From a virus (Duplodnaviria; Caudoviricetes): 25,692 bases of DNA. Of this stretch, positions 25,117 to 25,692 are shown one piece after another. The DNA is taken from positions 1-25,692 of the IMG/VR virus record IMGVR_UViG_3300016674_000038. One strand, written 5' to 3'. Numbering within the stretch: the stretch's first letter is position 1; each line of letters begins with the position of its first letter. The notes under the pieces were generated by a model. The model was given only the letters and a program-made list of their open reading frames with translations. It was not told the origin of the DNA and searched no databases. A program made the position numbers and the translations under genes.

Positions 25117-25427
25117 CACTTGCCTTCCGCTTGAGCAGCCTTCTCGGCAAGGATGTTTTCGTACACGAGGTCCACCTGTTCCGACAGCGTGTCCAGGGCT
25201 TCCTTGCAGTAACCGATCACGCTCTCCTTCGGGGCACCGATGGACGCGCACATCGCCGCGACCAGCGAAATGTAGGCGGTTGCAGTTGCGGAACACAGCG
25301 CGGGCCCGCTGACGCCGACATCGGCCATCGCTTGCTGAGTCTTCACGATGGCTTCAAAGGCGTGCTTGCTCTGCGATTCCATCTTGCGCAGTTCTGCTTC
25401 CATTTCAGGGGTGAGTTGTTCATTCAT
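25116..25427 (-). CDS. Hypothetical protein
   Basis: AAGGAG RBS; coupled to the ligase gene. Confidence 0.75.
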   Translation of the reverse strand: MNEQLTPEMEAELRKMESQSKHAFEAIVKTQQAMADVGVSGPALCSATATAYISLVAAMCASIGAPKESVIGYCKEALDTLSEQVDLVYENILAEKAAQAEGK

Positions 25428-25430
25428 GAC

Positions 25431-25692
25431 TTATGCTCCTTGAGAAGTTTTGCCCATCCTCATACGAGCCAGCTCCAGCATGGAGGGCCCGCGCTTAGCA
25501 GGTGAAGGGGATGTGGCGGAATCCTCCTCCTGCTTCGGTTTCTCGGTCGGCTTCTCAGCTTCCCGCATTGCCGCATTGATTGCTGCCGCGTAACCGTTCT
25601 CTTCATCCAAGTTTACGGTCGGTGTCGCGGGCTTCTTCGGTGTAGGTGCAGGCGATGTCCTCGCCTGGGATGCCTTCGGTGCAGACGGCTTG
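25431..25692 (-). CDS. Partial hypothetical protein (3' end only)
   Basis: Open frame from the window edge: KPSAPKASQ...YAAAINAAMRE...PSMLELARMRMGKTSQGA*. Not in the ORF track. Confidence 0.65.
   Translation of the reverse strand, partial: KPSAPKASQARTSPAPTPKKPATPTVNLDEENGYAAAINAAMREAEKPTEKPKQEEDSATSPSPAKRGPSMLELARMRMGKTSQGA

Noticed and set aside
25117-25296. Extended track starts for the ligase (also cobS, ssb, sbcD, hydrolase)
   Set aside because: They overlap upstream genes or promoters; downstream starts fit RBS, coupling or promoter position better.
1-25692. CRISPR array, IS element or iteron origin
   Set aside because: The palindromes are dispersed and degenerate rather than regularly spaced; no transposase or Rep gene was seen.

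Overview
This ~60% GC window looks like the replication, recombination and control region of a large phage-plasmid or temperate phage. The gene set resembles SSU5/pHCM2-type elements and the host is probably a betaproteobacterium (both inferences). Almost all real genes are on the minus strand. From the left: partial class II (B12-dependent) monomeric ribonucleotide reductase (missed by the ORF track), RuvC-like resolvase, SbcC/SbcD (gp46/47-like), SleB-type hydrolase, ASCH-like protein, RecA, 5'-3' exonuclease, gp32-like SSB, UvsY-like protein, DnaE fused to a UDG-like domain, a divergent sigma factor, a CobS/CobT-like AAA+/VWA pair, an XRE repressor (+), AlpA (+), a P4-type integrase with an intact attP (tRNA-Ser 3' end), guanylate kinase and ATP-dependent DNA ligase. 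The most notable signal is non-coding. A promoter-like motif CCCTR-N11-TAnnnT lies upstream of five genes, and an 18-bp palindrome T(A/C)AGTCAY-NN-RTGACT(T/G)A recurs more than 12 times, often beside or over these promoters. Together they suggest an element-encoded sigma factor plus repressor regulon. All calls are from manual reading; no database searches were run.
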